Positions 63,348 to 64,000 of a stretch of DNA of 64,000 nucleotides are shown here, piece by piece. A program made the translations under genes and the position numbers. Under the pieces are notes generated by a model, which saw only the letters and a list, made by a program, of their open reading frames with translations, did not search any database and was not told where the DNA came from. The stretch comes from Haliotis rubra (taxonomy: Eukaryota): NCBI RefSeq assembly GCF_003918875.1, contig NW_025765514.1, forward strand, positions 1,488,001 to 1,552,000, given 5' to 3'. The first letter of the stretch is position 1. Each line of letters starts with the position of its first letter.

Positions 63348-64000
63348 TGTCACTGTATGCCACACACCTCCATCACTATGTCACACCCTACTGTCACTAT
63401 ATGCCACACCTCTCCATCACTATGTCACACCCTACTGTCACTATATGCCACACCTCTCCAACACTTTGTCACATCCCACACCTCTCCATCACTATGTCGC
63501 CGCCATATAGCTGGAATATTGCTGTGTGCGGCGTAAAACTAAACTCACTCACTCACTCCATCACTATGTCACACCCCACTGTCACTATATGCCACACCTC
63601 TCCAACACTATGTCACATCCCACACCTCTCCATCACTATGGCGCCGCCATATAGCTGGAATATTGCTGTGTGCGGCGTAAAACTAAACTCACTCACTCAC
63701 TCCATCACTATGTCACACCCCACTGTCACTATATGCCACACCTCTCTCCAACACTATGTCACATCCCACACCTCTCCATCACTATGGCGCCGCCATATAG
63801 CTGGAATATTGCTGTGTGCGGCGTAAAACTAAACTCACTCCATCACTATGTCACACCCCTCTGTCACTATATGCCACATATCTCCAACAGTATGTCACAT
63901 CCCACACCTCTCCATCACTATATCGCCGCCATATAGCTGGAATATTGCTGTGTGCGGCGTAAAACTAAACTCACTCACTCCTCCATCACTATGTCACACC
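63348..64000 (+). repeat. About 144-bp tandem repeat containing the SINE C 3' tail; runs off the window
   Basis: CGCCATATAGCTGGAATATTGCTGTGTGCGGCGTAAAACTAAACTCACTC four times, separated by CATCACTATGTCACAC sub-repeats. Confidence 0.92.

Noticed and set aside
61347-63936. ORFs up to 305 aa
   Set aside because: Tandem-repeat translations

Overview
Repeat-rich animal genomic DNA, probably from a marine mollusc (inferred from the SINE types), with five N-gaps. Two intron-containing AP-1-superfamily bZIP genes lie in tandem on the + strand about 45 kb apart. Gene 1 is ATF3/JDP2/Fos-like: non-coding exon 1, CDS join 2738-3166, 3586-3693, 4085-4225, 225 aa. Gene 2 is a divergent three-exon gene with a BATF-like exon layout and a Fos-like zipper: CDS join 49443-49691, 50063-50167, 51826-52059, 195 aa. 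Both have TATA plus CRE-type promoters. The rest of the window is three SINE families with related 3' tails, a decayed near-full-length Rex1/Babar LINE, CR1/L2/RTE-X fragments, a deleted MULE, a CAC-ended DNA element, a MITE family with 9-bp TSDs, and many minisatellites. Main leads: a possible invertebrate counterpart of the vertebrate FOS-JDP2-BATF cluster; a non-tRNA SINE head with a covarying pseudoknot (ribozyme candidate); a composite SINE insertion that captured local DNA; and a ~120-copy CRE-like array between the two genes. Family assignments come from recalled motifs, not database searches.
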